From assembly GCA_029008615.1 (NCBI GenBank), contig JAQXJI010000037.1, positions 381 to 64,380 of the forward strand: a stretch of 64,000 nt of DNA. Reading direction: 5' to 3'. This document shows positions 53,512 through 63,263 of this stretch, in pieces (positions within the stretch are counted from its first letter, which is position 1; every line of letters begins with the position of its first letter). Source of the DNA: Elusimicrobiota bacterium. Its GTDB lineage: Bacteria > Elusimicrobiota > Elusimicrobia > Elusimicrobiales > Elusimicrobiaceae. Position numbers and translations under genes: made by a program. Under the pieces are notes generated by a model that was given only the letters and a program-made list of their open reading frames with translations, was not told the origin of the DNA and did no database searches.

Positions 53512-54684
53512 TCAGCGCACCTGCAATAAAGCAAAATGCAGATATTCCGTTTCCGGCATACCGAGAAGCACAGGGTGATCTTTAGCTTGCCCTCTTAACG
53601 CTATCAGCGTAACCTTTTTACCGGCTTTCCCGGCCGCCTGCTTTAAGATATCCATAAAAATCTCTCTGCTGATATGATGAGAGCAGGTGGAAGTCGCCAG
53701 CATACCGCCGCTTTCCAAGCCCTCCAAAGCCATTTTGTTAAGTTTGACGTATAAATTTACGGCCTGCGGCAAAGCTTTCCTGTTCTTTACAAAAGCCGGC
53801 GGATCCAGAAGCACTATATCGGGCTTTGTGGGCAGTTCCCCCTTCTTCATCGCCGAAAGCAAACGCTCGGCATCGTCCTTGCGGTATTGGCAGATATTGG
53901 CCACGCCGTTAAGTTCGGCATTTTTATTGGCATATTCCACCGCCGGGGCGGAAGAATCCGTGCCCCATACCGCCGCAGCGCCGTTTAAGGCCGCGGTTAT
54001 GCCGAAAGACCCCGTATAAGAATATAAATCCATAACGATTTTATCTTTAAAATAGGGCTTCATAAATTCGCGGTTGTCGCGCTGATCAAAATAAAAACCT
54101 GTTTTCTGACCGCCGGTTAAAGCTACAATATATTTTACGCCGTTTTCTTCTATTTCAACTTCGTGAGGCACTTCCCCCACGGTTTGCGGGTCAAGGGGCA
54201 ACCCTTCCAAGCTTCTGAAAGAAGAATCATTTTTAAACAGTATTCCTTTAGGTTTGAAAATCTTTGTTACGGCTTCAATTATTTTATCTTTCAAAAGTTC
54301 CATACCGGCCGTAAGTATATCAATTACAAGATAATCTCCGTAGCGGTCTATAACCAAACCGGGCAGAGCGTCGGCCTCCCCGTAGACCATACGCCCGAAG
54401 CGGCGGATATTAAATTGTTTTCTGTAAGAATAGGCGTTGTCAATATGTTCAAAAATAAAATCTTTATGCAAAGGATCTTCGCCCTTAACGATAAATCTCG
54501 CGGAAATAAGGCTGTGCGGATTAAAAAACGCCGTGCCCATCGTTTGGCCTTTGCCGTCCAAAACGCGCACTATGCTGCCGGGCTCTATGGAAGTATCCAC
54601 TTTTTCCAATTCATTGGAAAACACCCAATAATGGCCTTTGTTTATTCTGTGTTCTTCTTTGGCTTTAAGTTTGATTTCCTTCAT
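53512..54684 (-). CDS. rlmI: RlmI-like SAM-dependent rRNA (cytosine-C5) methyltransferase
   Basis: N-terminal PUA-like region (GHYWVFSNEL), SAM motif VMDLYSYTGSFG, and DPPAF. Confidence 0.8.
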   Translation of the reverse strand: MKEIKLKAKEEHRINKGHYWVFSNELEKVDTSIEPGSIVRVLDGKGQTMGTAFFNPHSLISARFIVKGEDPLHKDFIFEHIDNAYSYRKQFNIRRFGRMVYGEADALPGLVIDRYGDYLVIDILTAGMELLKDKIIEAVTKIFKPKGILFKNDSSFRSLEGLPLDPQTVGEVPHEVEIEENGVKYIVALTGGQKTGFYFDQRDNREFMKPYFKDKIVMDLYSYTGSFGITAALNGAAAVWGTDSSAPAVEYANKNAELNGVANICQYRKDDAERLLSAMKKGELPTKPDIVLLDPPAFVKNRKALPQAVNLYVKLNKMALEGLESGGMLATSTCSHHISREIFMDILKQAAGKAGKKVTLIALRGQAKDHPVLLGMPETEYLHFALLQVR

Positions 54685-55257
54685 TTATTTAGCACCTTTT
54701 TTAATTAATTTAGTTCCTGCTTTGCACATCGGGCAGACTTCCGGCTCATAAGTGTCCAGCGGATAACTTAAAAGCGACCTTAACGGAATATTGCCGACCG
54801 CGCCCGTACTGGAGCGGTCCACTATCACCGCCGCGCCTACGGCGTTGGCCTTCATCATTTGGATTAACGATATAGCTTCCCTGACTTTGCGGCAGGTCAT
54901 AGTAACATTATCCACTATCAAAACATTTTCCCCGGGGTTTATTTTCATTGAGCCTTTAAGCTGCATAACGCCGCCGGCGTCGGTCGCGAACAAAGCCCTT
55001 GCGTTTTTAAAACGGGCAACTTCCTGCGCCAATATGGAATTTTCCGGAGTGGGCGCAAAAACGGCGTCTACACGGACATCAAACAAATCGCCCAGGGCCT
55101 CTCCTATTTTAGCGGCCAAATTGGGATACTGCGTAACCGCGGCCGTATCTACGTAACTTTGTACGTGCAAGCCGCAGGGCAGCTCAAAATGGCCGTCTAT
55201 GAAAGCTTCGTTCTCTTCCAGAACGCTTATGATATCTATTTTTGGTTTCCTGAGCAT
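54685..55257 (-). CDS. orotate phosphoribosyltransferase-like protein (short PyrE type) with atypical PRPP loop
   Basis: Overall layout and the C-terminal CPMCKAG match the Thermus-type short PyrE as I recall it. The PRPP-loop region reads VLIVDNVTMTCRK rather than the usual hhhhD(D/E)hhTTG(G/E)(T/S). Confidence 0.6.
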   Translation of the reverse strand: MLRKPKIDIISVLEENEAFIDGHFELPCGLHVQSYVDTAAVTQYPNLAAKIGEALGDLFDVRVDAVFAPTPENSILAQEVARFKNARALFATDAGGVMQLKGSMKINPGENVLIVDNVTMTCRKVREAISLIQMMKANAVGAAVIVDRSSTGAVGNIPLRSLLSYPLDTYEPEVCPMCKAGTKLIKKGAK

Positions 55258-57534
55258 TTATTTCTCCTTAATAAATTTTTGGCCCGCGCTGAAATCCGTC
55301 CTTAAGCCTTTCTCGCGGGCGGCTTTTATGGTGCTGCCCGTCTTTTTGGGGCTCTTCATTTGGACGGCGGGCTTAAGCATTGGGCCGTAAGTCCTGAAAG
55401 CCAAAGCGGGCTCACCCGTTTCGTCGGTAAGATTTTCCGAAAGGGCTCCCCTTTTGGAAGTGTTTTTAAACATAGTCGCTATATCCAAATCAAACTTTTC
55501 TTCAACCCAACCGACGTTTCCGCCCACGCTCGCGGCGATGACCTCGCCGTCAACGTAAAAATTGTTAATATCCATTTTACCATTATTAAAGTCAACCGAA
55601 GCCGTCATAACGTCAAAAGGGGTATCTTTCAGTATTTTACCCATTTTAAAAGAACCGGCCCTTTCCATTTTGCTCATTATCACAAAAGGCTGATAGGCTA
55701 TACCCAAAGCTTTTTGCCTGTCGGCGGCTTCCTGGAGTTTATAAATTACGCCCTGCTGAAGTTTGGCGTCTATTTTCCCGTCCAGTTTATCCATACCGGG
55801 CAATAAATTTTTCAAGTTAAACTCCGCGTTGAAATCATAGCCCGATATTATAGGCGTTTCAAATTTCTCCGCATAGACAAAGCCGTTAAAATTAGGCATA
55901 AAACTGGGTATGGCGGAGCGGAAATTTCTAAGCCAGGCAAGGCTGCTTTCGTCCTTAGGCTTGGAAGAAGATTTCCCTTTTGATAAAGCTTCCACAAAGT
56001 CTTCCGTCGTTTCAAATATTTCAACGGGTTTTAAAAGGTTTAAATAGATATTGGCTTTTATCACGCGGTCCGCGCGGCGCACCTTTGAAATCGCCACACT
56101 CATAGTTACCGTATTTTCGTTGAACACGGTATCTTTTATTTTCGCGTAAAAATTTTGTTTTTTATGCTGATAAGAAGCCGTGCCTTTTATCTTTGATATG
56201 GTCTGCCGTCCCACTTTAAAAACTCCGTCTTTTACATCCGCGTTCATTTCGTCCAAATTGTTTTCGGCCGTATAAGAACCTTTGACGCCGCTTATCGTAA
56301 AATTGCTTATAAAAGCCGAAACGCCGTTTAAATCCACCGTAAACTTAGGAGATGAAACCTTGCCGTTTTTATATTCCAAGCGTCCGCGCGCTTTTACAGG
56401 ACCTTCAACTTTATACGGCTTAAGCCAATCAAAATAGTCTGCTTTTTCTACGGAAAATTGTTCCGTGGAGAAATCCGCCTCGGCCGAAATCGGCGCACTT
56501 GCCAAATCCGCTTTACCTTTAAGCGTGAGGGATATGTCTTTGTTCTTTAGAGCCAAAGAAGCCACGTCCACCTTGCTGAATTTATCGCTGAAAGCCAGCT
56601 GCGCTTTTACGGAAGTTGACGGCAGAGAAATATCAAAATGGTTGGGCGCAAAAAGGGAAACGTCGTCATAGCCCAAAGCGGGAAGAACGGAAGAAAAAGA
56701 AATTTCGGGATTTAAAAAATTCTTCGCCGTCATCGTAAGTTTTACGGGGCGGCGCGCGCCGCGGATTTCCACCGAAGCGTCCTTAACCGCCATTTCTCCG
56801 ACGTTAAAATTAGCCAAATTTGCGCTGCCTTCGGCTAAGATTTCGTTTTCTATGATTTTATCTTTGATTTTATTTCTCAAAACGAAGTTCAGCGCAAAAT
56901 CTGTATAATCGTTAAATCTCAAATTGTAAAAACGTATGAAAATGCCGTTTAAAGAATGGCTTATGCTGGAGGAAACGTCGCGGTAGGCAAATACGCCGTT
57001 TTTTATAACCCAGTCCTCCACCAAAACCCTAAAAGCCTGCCCCTGACCGGAAGTTATTTCAAACTGCTGGCCCAGCGCGCTTTGACGGTTTGATACTTTA
57101 ATATCGGGAATATTGGTTCTGCCGTCGGCCTCCTTTATGATGCTTACCACCGGGTTAAAAAGCAGCACTTCTTTTATGGCGATTACATTATCCCTGAGCG
57201 CTTTTAAATCAAAACGTATTATAACTTTCTCTACGGAAAGAAATTCATTATATTCGTCAAGGTTCGTATCGACTATTTTCAAATTGCTTATGGAAATACT
57301 GTTAAAAGAAGTTAATTCAAAATCGCCGACGATTACCGGCCTGTTCAAAACGCTTTGCAACACCCCGGCCACTTCCTTGCCGATATGCTCCGCACTGACG
57401 TATTTTAACGCAAGGAACCACGCCACACCCGCGCAAAGCACAAAAAGGGTGGTAATCAAAAACGAAACCCTTATTATGCTTTTTATGGTAAGCGTCAGCG
57501 TTTGTATAAAATATTTTTTTATTTTTTCCTTCAT
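55258..57534 (-). CDS. AsmA-family outer-membrane biogenesis protein
   Basis: A single N-terminal TM anchor followed by about 700 aa of beta-rich repetitive sequence, typical of AsmA/TamB-like proteins. Family assignment is by architecture only. Confidence 0.6.
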   Translation of the reverse strand: MKEKIKKYFIQTLTLTIKSIIRVSFLITTLFVLCAGVAWFLALKYVSAEHIGKEVAGVLQSVLNRPVIVGDFELTSFNSISISNLKIVDTNLDEYNEFLSVEKVIIRFDLKALRDNVIAIKEVLLFNPVVSIIKEADGRTNIPDIKVSNRQSALGQQFEITSGQGQAFRVLVEDWVIKNGVFAYRDVSSSISHSLNGIFIRFYNLRFNDYTDFALNFVLRNKIKDKIIENEILAEGSANLANFNVGEMAVKDASVEIRGARRPVKLTMTAKNFLNPEISFSSVLPALGYDDVSLFAPNHFDISLPSTSVKAQLAFSDKFSKVDVASLALKNKDISLTLKGKADLASAPISAEADFSTEQFSVEKADYFDWLKPYKVEGPVKARGRLEYKNGKVSSPKFTVDLNGVSAFISNFTISGVKGSYTAENNLDEMNADVKDGVFKVGRQTISKIKGTASYQHKKQNFYAKIKDTVFNENTVTMSVAISKVRRADRVIKANIYLNLLKPVEIFETTEDFVEALSKGKSSSKPKDESSLAWLRNFRSAIPSFMPNFNGFVYAEKFETPIISGYDFNAEFNLKNLLPGMDKLDGKIDAKLQQGVIYKLQEAADRQKALGIAYQPFVIMSKMERAGSFKMGKILKDTPFDVMTASVDFNNGKMDINNFYVDGEVIAASVGGNVGWVEEKFDLDIATMFKNTSKRGALSENLTDETGEPALAFRTYGPMLKPAVQMKSPKKTGSTIKAAREKGLRTDFSAGQKFIKEK

Positions 57535-57540
57535 AAAAAT

Positions 57541-58233
57541 TTAAGAGAAAACTTTTTCCGACAACAGATAAAGATTTTCAAAAAGCCATTTCCAAAAAGC
57601 CAAAGTGCGCCTGATTATTCCTCCGGTCAAAGACCATACCGGCACTATCCCGGGGAAATAAATTTCAATAAGGGCCAAAACAACGCCCATATTTATTAGA
57701 ACTATCAACGAAAAAGAAAATACTCCCCCGCCGGCGCGGATTATGTCGCTCTGTTCTGTTTCCGTCAAAGCTTTATAAGTATGCATTAAATGCAACATTG
57801 TAAAAAAACCGAACAAAGCCAAAAATACGCTGTTATAATTTTCCGCGGCGGGCCACAGCAAATTAAGCACGAGATAAGCCAAAGTAACCGCGATGCTGTA
57901 AAGCGGAACGCAATAAGGAGCCAAAAGCACAAAAGTGTTGACTCCGCTTACTTTCACTTCCCCGCTTTCGCGCCCTACGCTCAGGCCGCTTACTTTATAT
58001 CCGCAAAGCCAAGCCGCCGCCGCGTGGCTGAGTTCGTGCGCAAAAACATAAAATCTTGAAAAATTATAAAAGAACAAATGCGTCAAAACGTATAAAAGTG
58101 CGCCGAGCATAAAATAAAGCGTAATTTTATAAGACTTTATTATATGCCAAAGCACCTCGGCCACAGAAAGCAATATGCAAAAAGCCAAAGGCAAAAGGAT
58201 AAGGCCGAGCAAAAACTTTAAGGCGCGTTTCAT
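57541..58233 (-). CDS. M50B-like (HExxH) integral-membrane putative metalloprotease
   Basis: FAHELSHAAAAWLCGYKV in a polytopic membrane protein. Start trimmed to Met41 (ATG at 58233), 1 nt from the upstream stop. The longer ORF would overlap the ligase gene. Confidence 0.65.
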   Translation of the reverse strand: MKRALKFLLGLILLPLAFCILLSVAEVLWHIIKSYKITLYFMLGALLYVLTHLFFYNFSRFYVFAHELSHAAAAWLCGYKVSGLSVGRESGEVKVSGVNTFVLLAPYCVPLYSIAVTLAYLVLNLLWPAAENYNSVFLALFGFFTMLHLMHTYKALTETEQSDIIRAGGGVFSFSLIVLINMGVVLALIEIYFPGIVPVWSLTGGIIRRTLAFWKWLFENLYLLSEKVFS

Positions 58234-58234
58234 T

Positions 58235-58930
58235 TTAAAACTTTCCCTTCCAAGTCTGCGATGCGTAACAATCCCGCGCCAAAATCCGCGCTTTTTCCGC
58301 GGTTTCGGCAGGGACTTCCCCGCGCGCCAAAGGCGAGGAGCGAAACTCCGCAAAAGAATTTTCGATCACGCTTTTGAAAGTTTCATTTTCACGCGCGCCT
58401 TTAATTTGCAAACTTCCCTGATACAAAATCCTTTCCCCGTATCGGCGCATAGCCCCGCCCAGCACTTTAACCCCGCCGGACATCAAATCCCCTCCTACGG
58501 GATTTGTAAAACAAGCGGAATTTTGCCCGCCGGGCGCGGGGCGGTAATCGCTCTTATCGTTATAAGAATCAAAATCAACGCCGGACTTCTTAAAATTTGC
58601 CTTTATAAGGCCGTGCAGGCTGTCGTAAATCTGACGGACGTTTAAATCTTTAGAGCAATTAAATATCAGGCTGAAAGTTAAATCGTCCGTATGAAAAACT
58701 ATGCCGCCGCCGGTCGGCCTGCGAGTAAACTCTTTTATACCGGCTGCCTCAAATTGGGCGCGGGCGGAATTATAAAACTGGGCATAACCGAAAGTCGCGC
58801 AAGGCCCGCCCGACCAATTAAAAAAACGACATAAATCTTCCCCGGCGAAAGACGGCTCCGAAACCAAAATTTCGTCAAAAGCCATTTGGCCGTAAACATC
58901 CGCGCGCGGGGAAGACAAAACCTTTACCAT
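58235..58930 (-). CDS. lipoate-protein ligase / octanoyltransferase family protein (BPL_LplA_LipB domain only)
   Basis: 231 aa. The conserved-lysine region GGVKVLGGAMRRYGERILYQGSLQI is typical of LplA/LipM-type enzymes. It follows gcvPB immediately. Confidence 0.7.
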   Translation of the reverse strand: MVKVLSSPRADVYGQMAFDEILVSEPSFAGEDLCRFFNWSGGPCATFGYAQFYNSARAQFEAAGIKEFTRRPTGGGIVFHTDDLTFSLIFNCSKDLNVRQIYDSLHGLIKANFKKSGVDFDSYNDKSDYRPAPGGQNSACFTNPVGGDLMSGGVKVLGGAMRRYGERILYQGSLQIKGARENETFKSVIENSFAEFRSSPLARGEVPAETAEKARILARDCYASQTWKGKF

Positions 58931-60369
58931 CTTAAATTAGGCTCCCTTGCCGCGCTGACTTCGTCTATACGTTTGACGGGGCAGTTTTTAGGAGCTTCGT
59001 GCAAAGCCTCGGGATTGGAGCCCGCCTCAAGGAAAATGCTCGTCATAGCTGATACAAACTTGTCCAAAGTTTGCTTATTTTCCGTTTCGGTAGGTTCTAT
59101 CATAATGGCTTCCGGCACTATCAGCGGGAAGTATATCGTCGGAGCGTGAAAGCCCATATCCAAAAGCATTTTGGCGATATCAGCCGTTCTGGCTGCGGGC
59201 AAAACGCCTTTGTCTATCGTCAAGACGCACTCGTGCATACAGACGGCGTCAAAATAAGCCGGGAAATACTTTGCAAGTTTTACCCTTACGTAGTTTGCGT
59301 TTAAGACGGCGTTTTCCGCTATTTCCTTAAGCGTATTACCGTCAAATTGGCTTAAATAGCAATACGCCCTTATTATTACCGAAATATTGCCGTAAAAACT
59401 TTTTACCCCGCCTATACTGTATTTAGTTTTGGCGGAAAGTTTATATTTTTTACCGTCAAAAACGATACGAGGGACAGGCAGGAAGTCCGCCAGCTTTTCG
59501 CATACGCCGACAGCACCCGCGCCGGGCCCGCCGCCGCCGTGCGGGGTGGCTATGGTTTTATGCAAATTGATGTGCATTAAATCAACACCCATATCCGCGG
59601 GCTTTACAAGGCCTATCAAAGCGTTTAAATTCGCGCCGTCCATATAAAGAAGCGCTCCGGCATTATGAGTCATCTCGGCGATAGTTTTTATATTCTTCTC
59701 AAACAATCCGGCGGTATTGGGGATAGTCAGCATTACAAGCGCGGTTTTGGGCCCCAATACTTTTTTTAGTTCTTCCAAATCCACTCTGCCGTCCGGGGCG
59801 GACTTTATATTAATCACTTTGCACCCGGCCATAGCCGCGGTAGCCGGGTTTGTGCCGTGCGCGGTATCGGGGATAATAATTTCCCTGCGGTCAAAATCTT
59901 TACGCGCTCTGTGATAAGCCGCCGCAATTAATGCGCCGGTAAATTCTCCGTGCGCTCCGGCGGAAGGCTGAAGCGTAAAATCATAGAGGCCGGTTATTTC
60001 CTTAAGCTGATTTTGCAGAGCGTAAATAATGCCCAAAGTGCCCTGTACATATTCTTCCGGCGCATAAGGATGGACGTTTGCAAAACCGTCCAAAGAACTT
60101 AAAACGTCATAAGCTTTGGGGTTGTACTTCATCGTACAGGAACCCAAAGGATAAAAATGCGTATCCAAACAGAAATTCAATCTGGAAAGATTCGTAAAAT
60201 GACGGACTGCGTCAAACTCGCTCATACTGGGCAGATTGGGGGGCGTTTGCCTTAAAAACTCTTTGGGCAGATAAGAAGAAGCCTTTTTCTCCGACGTTCT
60301 TATTTGAACTCCGCGTCTTAAAGCGGAAGATTTTTCTATTGAAAGTAAATTATGCGGATAATTGTTCAT
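58924..60369 (-). CDS. gcvPB: glycine dehydrogenase (decarboxylating) subunit 2
   Basis: PLP-lysine context NLHKT..TPHGGGGPG. Typical split P-protein organisation downstream of gcvPA. Confidence 0.92.
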   Translation of the reverse strand: MNNYPHNLLSIEKSSALRRGVQIRTSEKKASSYLPKEFLRQTPPNLPSMSEFDAVRHFTNLSRLNFCLDTHFYPLGSCTMKYNPKAYDVLSSLDGFANVHPYAPEEYVQGTLGIIYALQNQLKEITGLYDFTLQPSAGAHGEFTGALIAAAYHRARKDFDRREIIIPDTAHGTNPATAAMAGCKVINIKSAPDGRVDLEELKKVLGPKTALVMLTIPNTAGLFEKNIKTIAEMTHNAGALLYMDGANLNALIGLVKPADMGVDLMHINLHKTIATPHGGGGPGAGAVGVCEKLADFLPVPRIVFDGKKYKLSAKTKYSIGGVKSFYGNISVIIRAYCYLSQFDGNTLKEIAENAVLNANYVRVKLAKYFPAYFDAVCMHECVLTIDKGVLPAARTADIAKMLLDMGFHAPTIYFPLIVPEAIMIEPTETENKQTLDKFVSAMTSIFLEAGSNPEALHEAPKNCPVKRIDEVSAAREPNLRW

Positions 60370-60370
60370 A

Positions 60371-61699
60371 TTATATCCCCCTCAAAACGGACGCGAACAT
60401 TTCCAAATCGGCTTTTGTTCTGGCCTCCGTAGCGCAAACAAGAAGGCAGTTTTTCATTTTTTTGTCAGTCCTACCCAAATCATATCCGGCCAAAATCCCC
60501 TTCTTTGCCGCGGCCTTTATTATTTGCGCGGCGGGTTTGGGGCATTCAAGCACAAATTCGTTAAAAAACGGTTTGTCAAATTTAAGTTTATATCCTTCTA
60601 TGGCGCAAAGCATATCTTTAAGGATATGGGCGTTTTCTATATTGGCTTCGGCTACATCCCTTATGCCGAAAGGCCCCATAAGCGTAAGATAAATTGCGGC
60701 GTTAAGCGCGCACAAAGCTTGGTTTGAGCAGATGTTTGAGGAAGCCCTCTCCCGCCTTATATGCTGCTCTCTGGCCTGCAAAGTAAGCACGAAAGCCCTT
60801 TTCCCGTCCGCATCTTTGGACATACCGCAAATGCGGCCCGGCACATAACGGACATATTCCTTTTTGCAGGTAAAAATACCTAAGCCCGGCCCGCCGAAGT
60901 TCATCGGGTTGCCAAGACATTGGCCTTCCGCAACGGCAAAATCGGCATTATAAGAACCCGGCGTCGCAAGCGCGCCCAAACTTATCGGGTTTACCTGCGC
61001 TATAAGCAAAGAGCCCGCTTCGTGTACAACGGCTGAAACAGTTTGCGCGTCTTCAAGGCAGCCGTAAAAATTGGGGGTTGCCAAAACGAAAGCGGCATAT
61101 TCCCCACCGGATAAAAGTTTTTTAAGTTCCGCAAGATTAATCGTTCCGTTTTCAAGAGGAGCTTCTTCAAATTTAACCGCGCCGGAAGATTTAAAATATG
61201 TATTTAAAACCTTTTTGTATTCGGGATTTAAAGCTGCGGAAAGCAAAATTTTGTTTTTGTTTTTGATTTTGCAGGCCGCGCCGCAGGCTTCGGCCAAAGC
61301 CGTTGCGCCGTCGTAATGGGACGCGTTTGAAACGCCCATTTCAAATAAAGCGCAAATACAGCTTTGATATTCGTATATGGCCTGTAAAGTGCCCTGGCTG
61401 GCTTCTGCCTGATAAGGCGTATACGCCGTCAAGAATTCCCCTCTGGAGCTTATCGCCCCGACCGCAGCCGGAATAAAATGTTCATAAATACCAGCACCCG
61501 CAAAATTTACAAGCGGCTTGTTCAAAGCGGCGGATTTTTTTACCGCGGCGGTAAGTTCGGCCTCAGTCTTGGCGGAAGGCAAATTAAAACTCTTCGCCAA
61601 AAGGCTTTCGTCAATATCTTTAAATAAATCTTTTACGGAGCGTACGCCGACGGCGTCAAGCATTTCCCGTTTTTCTTTTTCTGTATTGGAAATAAACAT
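60371..61699 (-). CDS. gcvPA: glycine dehydrogenase (decarboxylating) subunit 1
   Basis: TPYQAEASQGTLQAIYEYQ motif, ~440 aa, adjacent to gcvPB. Confidence 0.92.
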   Translation of the reverse strand: MFISNTEKEKREMLDAVGVRSVKDLFKDIDESLLAKSFNLPSAKTEAELTAAVKKSAALNKPLVNFAGAGIYEHFIPAAVGAISSRGEFLTAYTPYQAEASQGTLQAIYEYQSCICALFEMGVSNASHYDGATALAEACGAACKIKNKNKILLSAALNPEYKKVLNTYFKSSGAVKFEEAPLENGTINLAELKKLLSGGEYAAFVLATPNFYGCLEDAQTVSAVVHEAGSLLIAQVNPISLGALATPGSYNADFAVAEGQCLGNPMNFGGPGLGIFTCKKEYVRYVPGRICGMSKDADGKRAFVLTLQAREQHIRRERASSNICSNQALCALNAAIYLTLMGPFGIRDVAEANIENAHILKDMLCAIEGYKLKFDKPFFNEFVLECPKPAAQIIKAAAKKGILAGYDLGRTDKKMKNCLLVCATEARTKADLEMFASVLRGI

Positions 61700-61720
61700 T
61701 TTATCCTCTTAAAATACTCG

Positions 61721-61747
61721 CCCTTGCGCTTTTAAAAAGCGCAAGGG
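61721..61747 (-). other. intercistronic hairpin between gcvH and gcvPA
   Basis: Perfect 9-bp stem cccttgcgc/gcgcaaggg with a 9-nt AT loop in the 68-nt gap. No adjacent T-run on the minus strand, so it is probably not a full terminator. Confidence 0.4.
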
Positions 61748-61767
61748 ACTTTGTGCGGAAAGTAAAA

Positions 61768-62142
61768 TTACAAAGAAGCTTTATAAGCTTCAAAGCTTAA
61801 AAGAGCGTCGGCTTCTTTAACGTCAGACATTTTGACTTTAAAAAGCCAGCCGCCCGCGTGCGGTTCTCTGTTGACCAAAGCCGGATCGGCGGTTACGGCT
61901 TCGTTGACTTCAACGATTTCCCCTGAAACCGGGCTGAAAATATCGGAAGCGGATTTAACCGATTCTATAACACAGCATCTTTCCCCGGCTTTTACCTGCG
62001 CGCCTTTCTGCGGAAGCTCGACAAAAACGATATCGCTGATTTCGTGCTGGGCGTGGTCGCTTATGCCGACGACGGCCGTTTCGCCCTCAATAAAAGCCCA
62101 TTCGTGGGTTTTGGCAAATTTGCATTTTTCCTGTTCGTACAT
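61768..62142 (-). CDS. gcvH: glycine cleavage system H protein
   Basis: Lipoyl-lysine motif VIESVKSASDI, 124 aa. Confidence 0.95.
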   Translation of the reverse strand: MYEQEKCKFAKTHEWAFIEGETAVVGISDHAQHEISDIVFVELPQKGAQVKAGERCCVIESVKSASDIFSPVSGEIVEVNEAVTADPALVNREPHAGGWLFKVKMSDVKEADALLSFEAYKASL

Positions 62143-62153
62143 TTTTTACTCTC

Positions 62154-63233
62154 CTAAACTTTATTTTTATAAAAAGGCATTTTGACGGCTTGGGCCGGGA
62201 CCATTCTGCCGCGGATTTCTATTCCCACTTTGTCGCCGTCGTTGATTTCCGCCGGGACGTATCCGCAGCCTATCGCTTTAAAAAGGGGCGAGTAAGTTGC
62301 GCTTGTAAGCGCGCCTATTTTGACGCCGTCTTTATATATTCCGCAGCCTTCCCTGGCCACGCCCGCGCCCAAAAGTTTAAAACCGATAAGCTTGTTTTTT
62401 ACGCCTTCGGCCTTTACGCGCGCCATAATTTCCTTGGCGGTAAAAGGCTCTTCTTTGTCGAGTTTTACAACCCAGCCGCAGGAAGCTTCATAAGGATTTT
62501 TGCTTTCGTCCATATCGCTGCCGGAAAGCAAATAGCCCGCTTCCAATCTTAAGACGTCGCGCGCGCCCAAGCCGCAAGGTTTAAAACCGTGCTCCAAAGC
62601 CCAAGCGAAAAGCTTATTTATCTGTTCCGCCGGGCCCATAATTTCAACGCCGTCCTCGCCGGTGTAACCCGTGCGAGTAACGTAAGCTTTTGCGCCGAAC
62701 AAATCAATTTCCTTTATCCAAAAGCGTTTTAAAAGTTTGATGTCAGCGTCCAAAACTTCAAGATAATCCAAAGCTTTGGGACCCTGCAAGGCCAACATAG
62801 CGTAAGAATCGGAAGCGTCGGTAACTTTTACGTCAAATCCGGCGGATTTATTTTTAAACCATTCAAAATCTTTTTCCCGCGTGGCGGAATTTACCACCAC
62901 AAGGAATTTTTCTTCGTTTAAACAAAACGAGATAACATCGTCTATAATACCGCCGTTCTCGTTAAGGATATGCGCGTATGCGCCGCGGCCAGGCTCAAGT
63001 TTATAATTGTTGGTGGCTACATTCTGCAAAAATTTATAAGCGTCTTTACCTTCAAAAAATACTTGCCCCATATGGGAAACGTCAAACATTCCGGCGTCTT
63101 CCCTTACGGCTTTGTGTTCGGCGATAATGCTTTCATATTGAACAGGCAAAAGCCAACCGTGGAAATCAACCATCTTCCCGCCGGCTTTAAGGCAGGCTTC
63201 GTACAAAGGCGTTTTTTTGAGTTCTTTTTCCAT
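62154..63233 (-). CDS. gcvT: glycine cleavage system aminomethyltransferase T
   Basis: KKTPLYE...GKMVDFHGWLLPVQY and FDVSHMG motifs. Start trimmed to the ATG at 63233, preceded by GGGGGAAG. Confidence 0.92.
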   Translation of the reverse strand: MEKELKKTPLYEACLKAGGKMVDFHGWLLPVQYESIIAEHKAVREDAGMFDVSHMGQVFFEGKDAYKFLQNVATNNYKLEPGRGAYAHILNENGGIIDDVISFCLNEEKFLVVVNSATREKDFEWFKNKSAGFDVKVTDASDSYAMLALQGPKALDYLEVLDADIKLLKRFWIKEIDLFGAKAYVTRTGYTGEDGVEIMGPAEQINKLFAWALEHGFKPCGLGARDVLRLEAGYLLSGSDMDESKNPYEASCGWVVKLDKEEPFTAKEIMARVKAEGVKNKLIGFKLLGAGVAREGCGIYKDGVKIGALTSATYSPLFKAIGCGYVPAEINDGDKVGIEIRGRMVPAQAVKMPFYKNKV

Positions 63234-63263
63234 ACTTCCCCCAGTTAAAATCATTATATAAAA

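Noticed and set aside
63234-63263. Expected glycine riboswitch upstream of gcvT.
   Set aside because: Only 30 nt separate the amidase stop from the gcvT start. That is too short for even a single ~100-nt aptamer.
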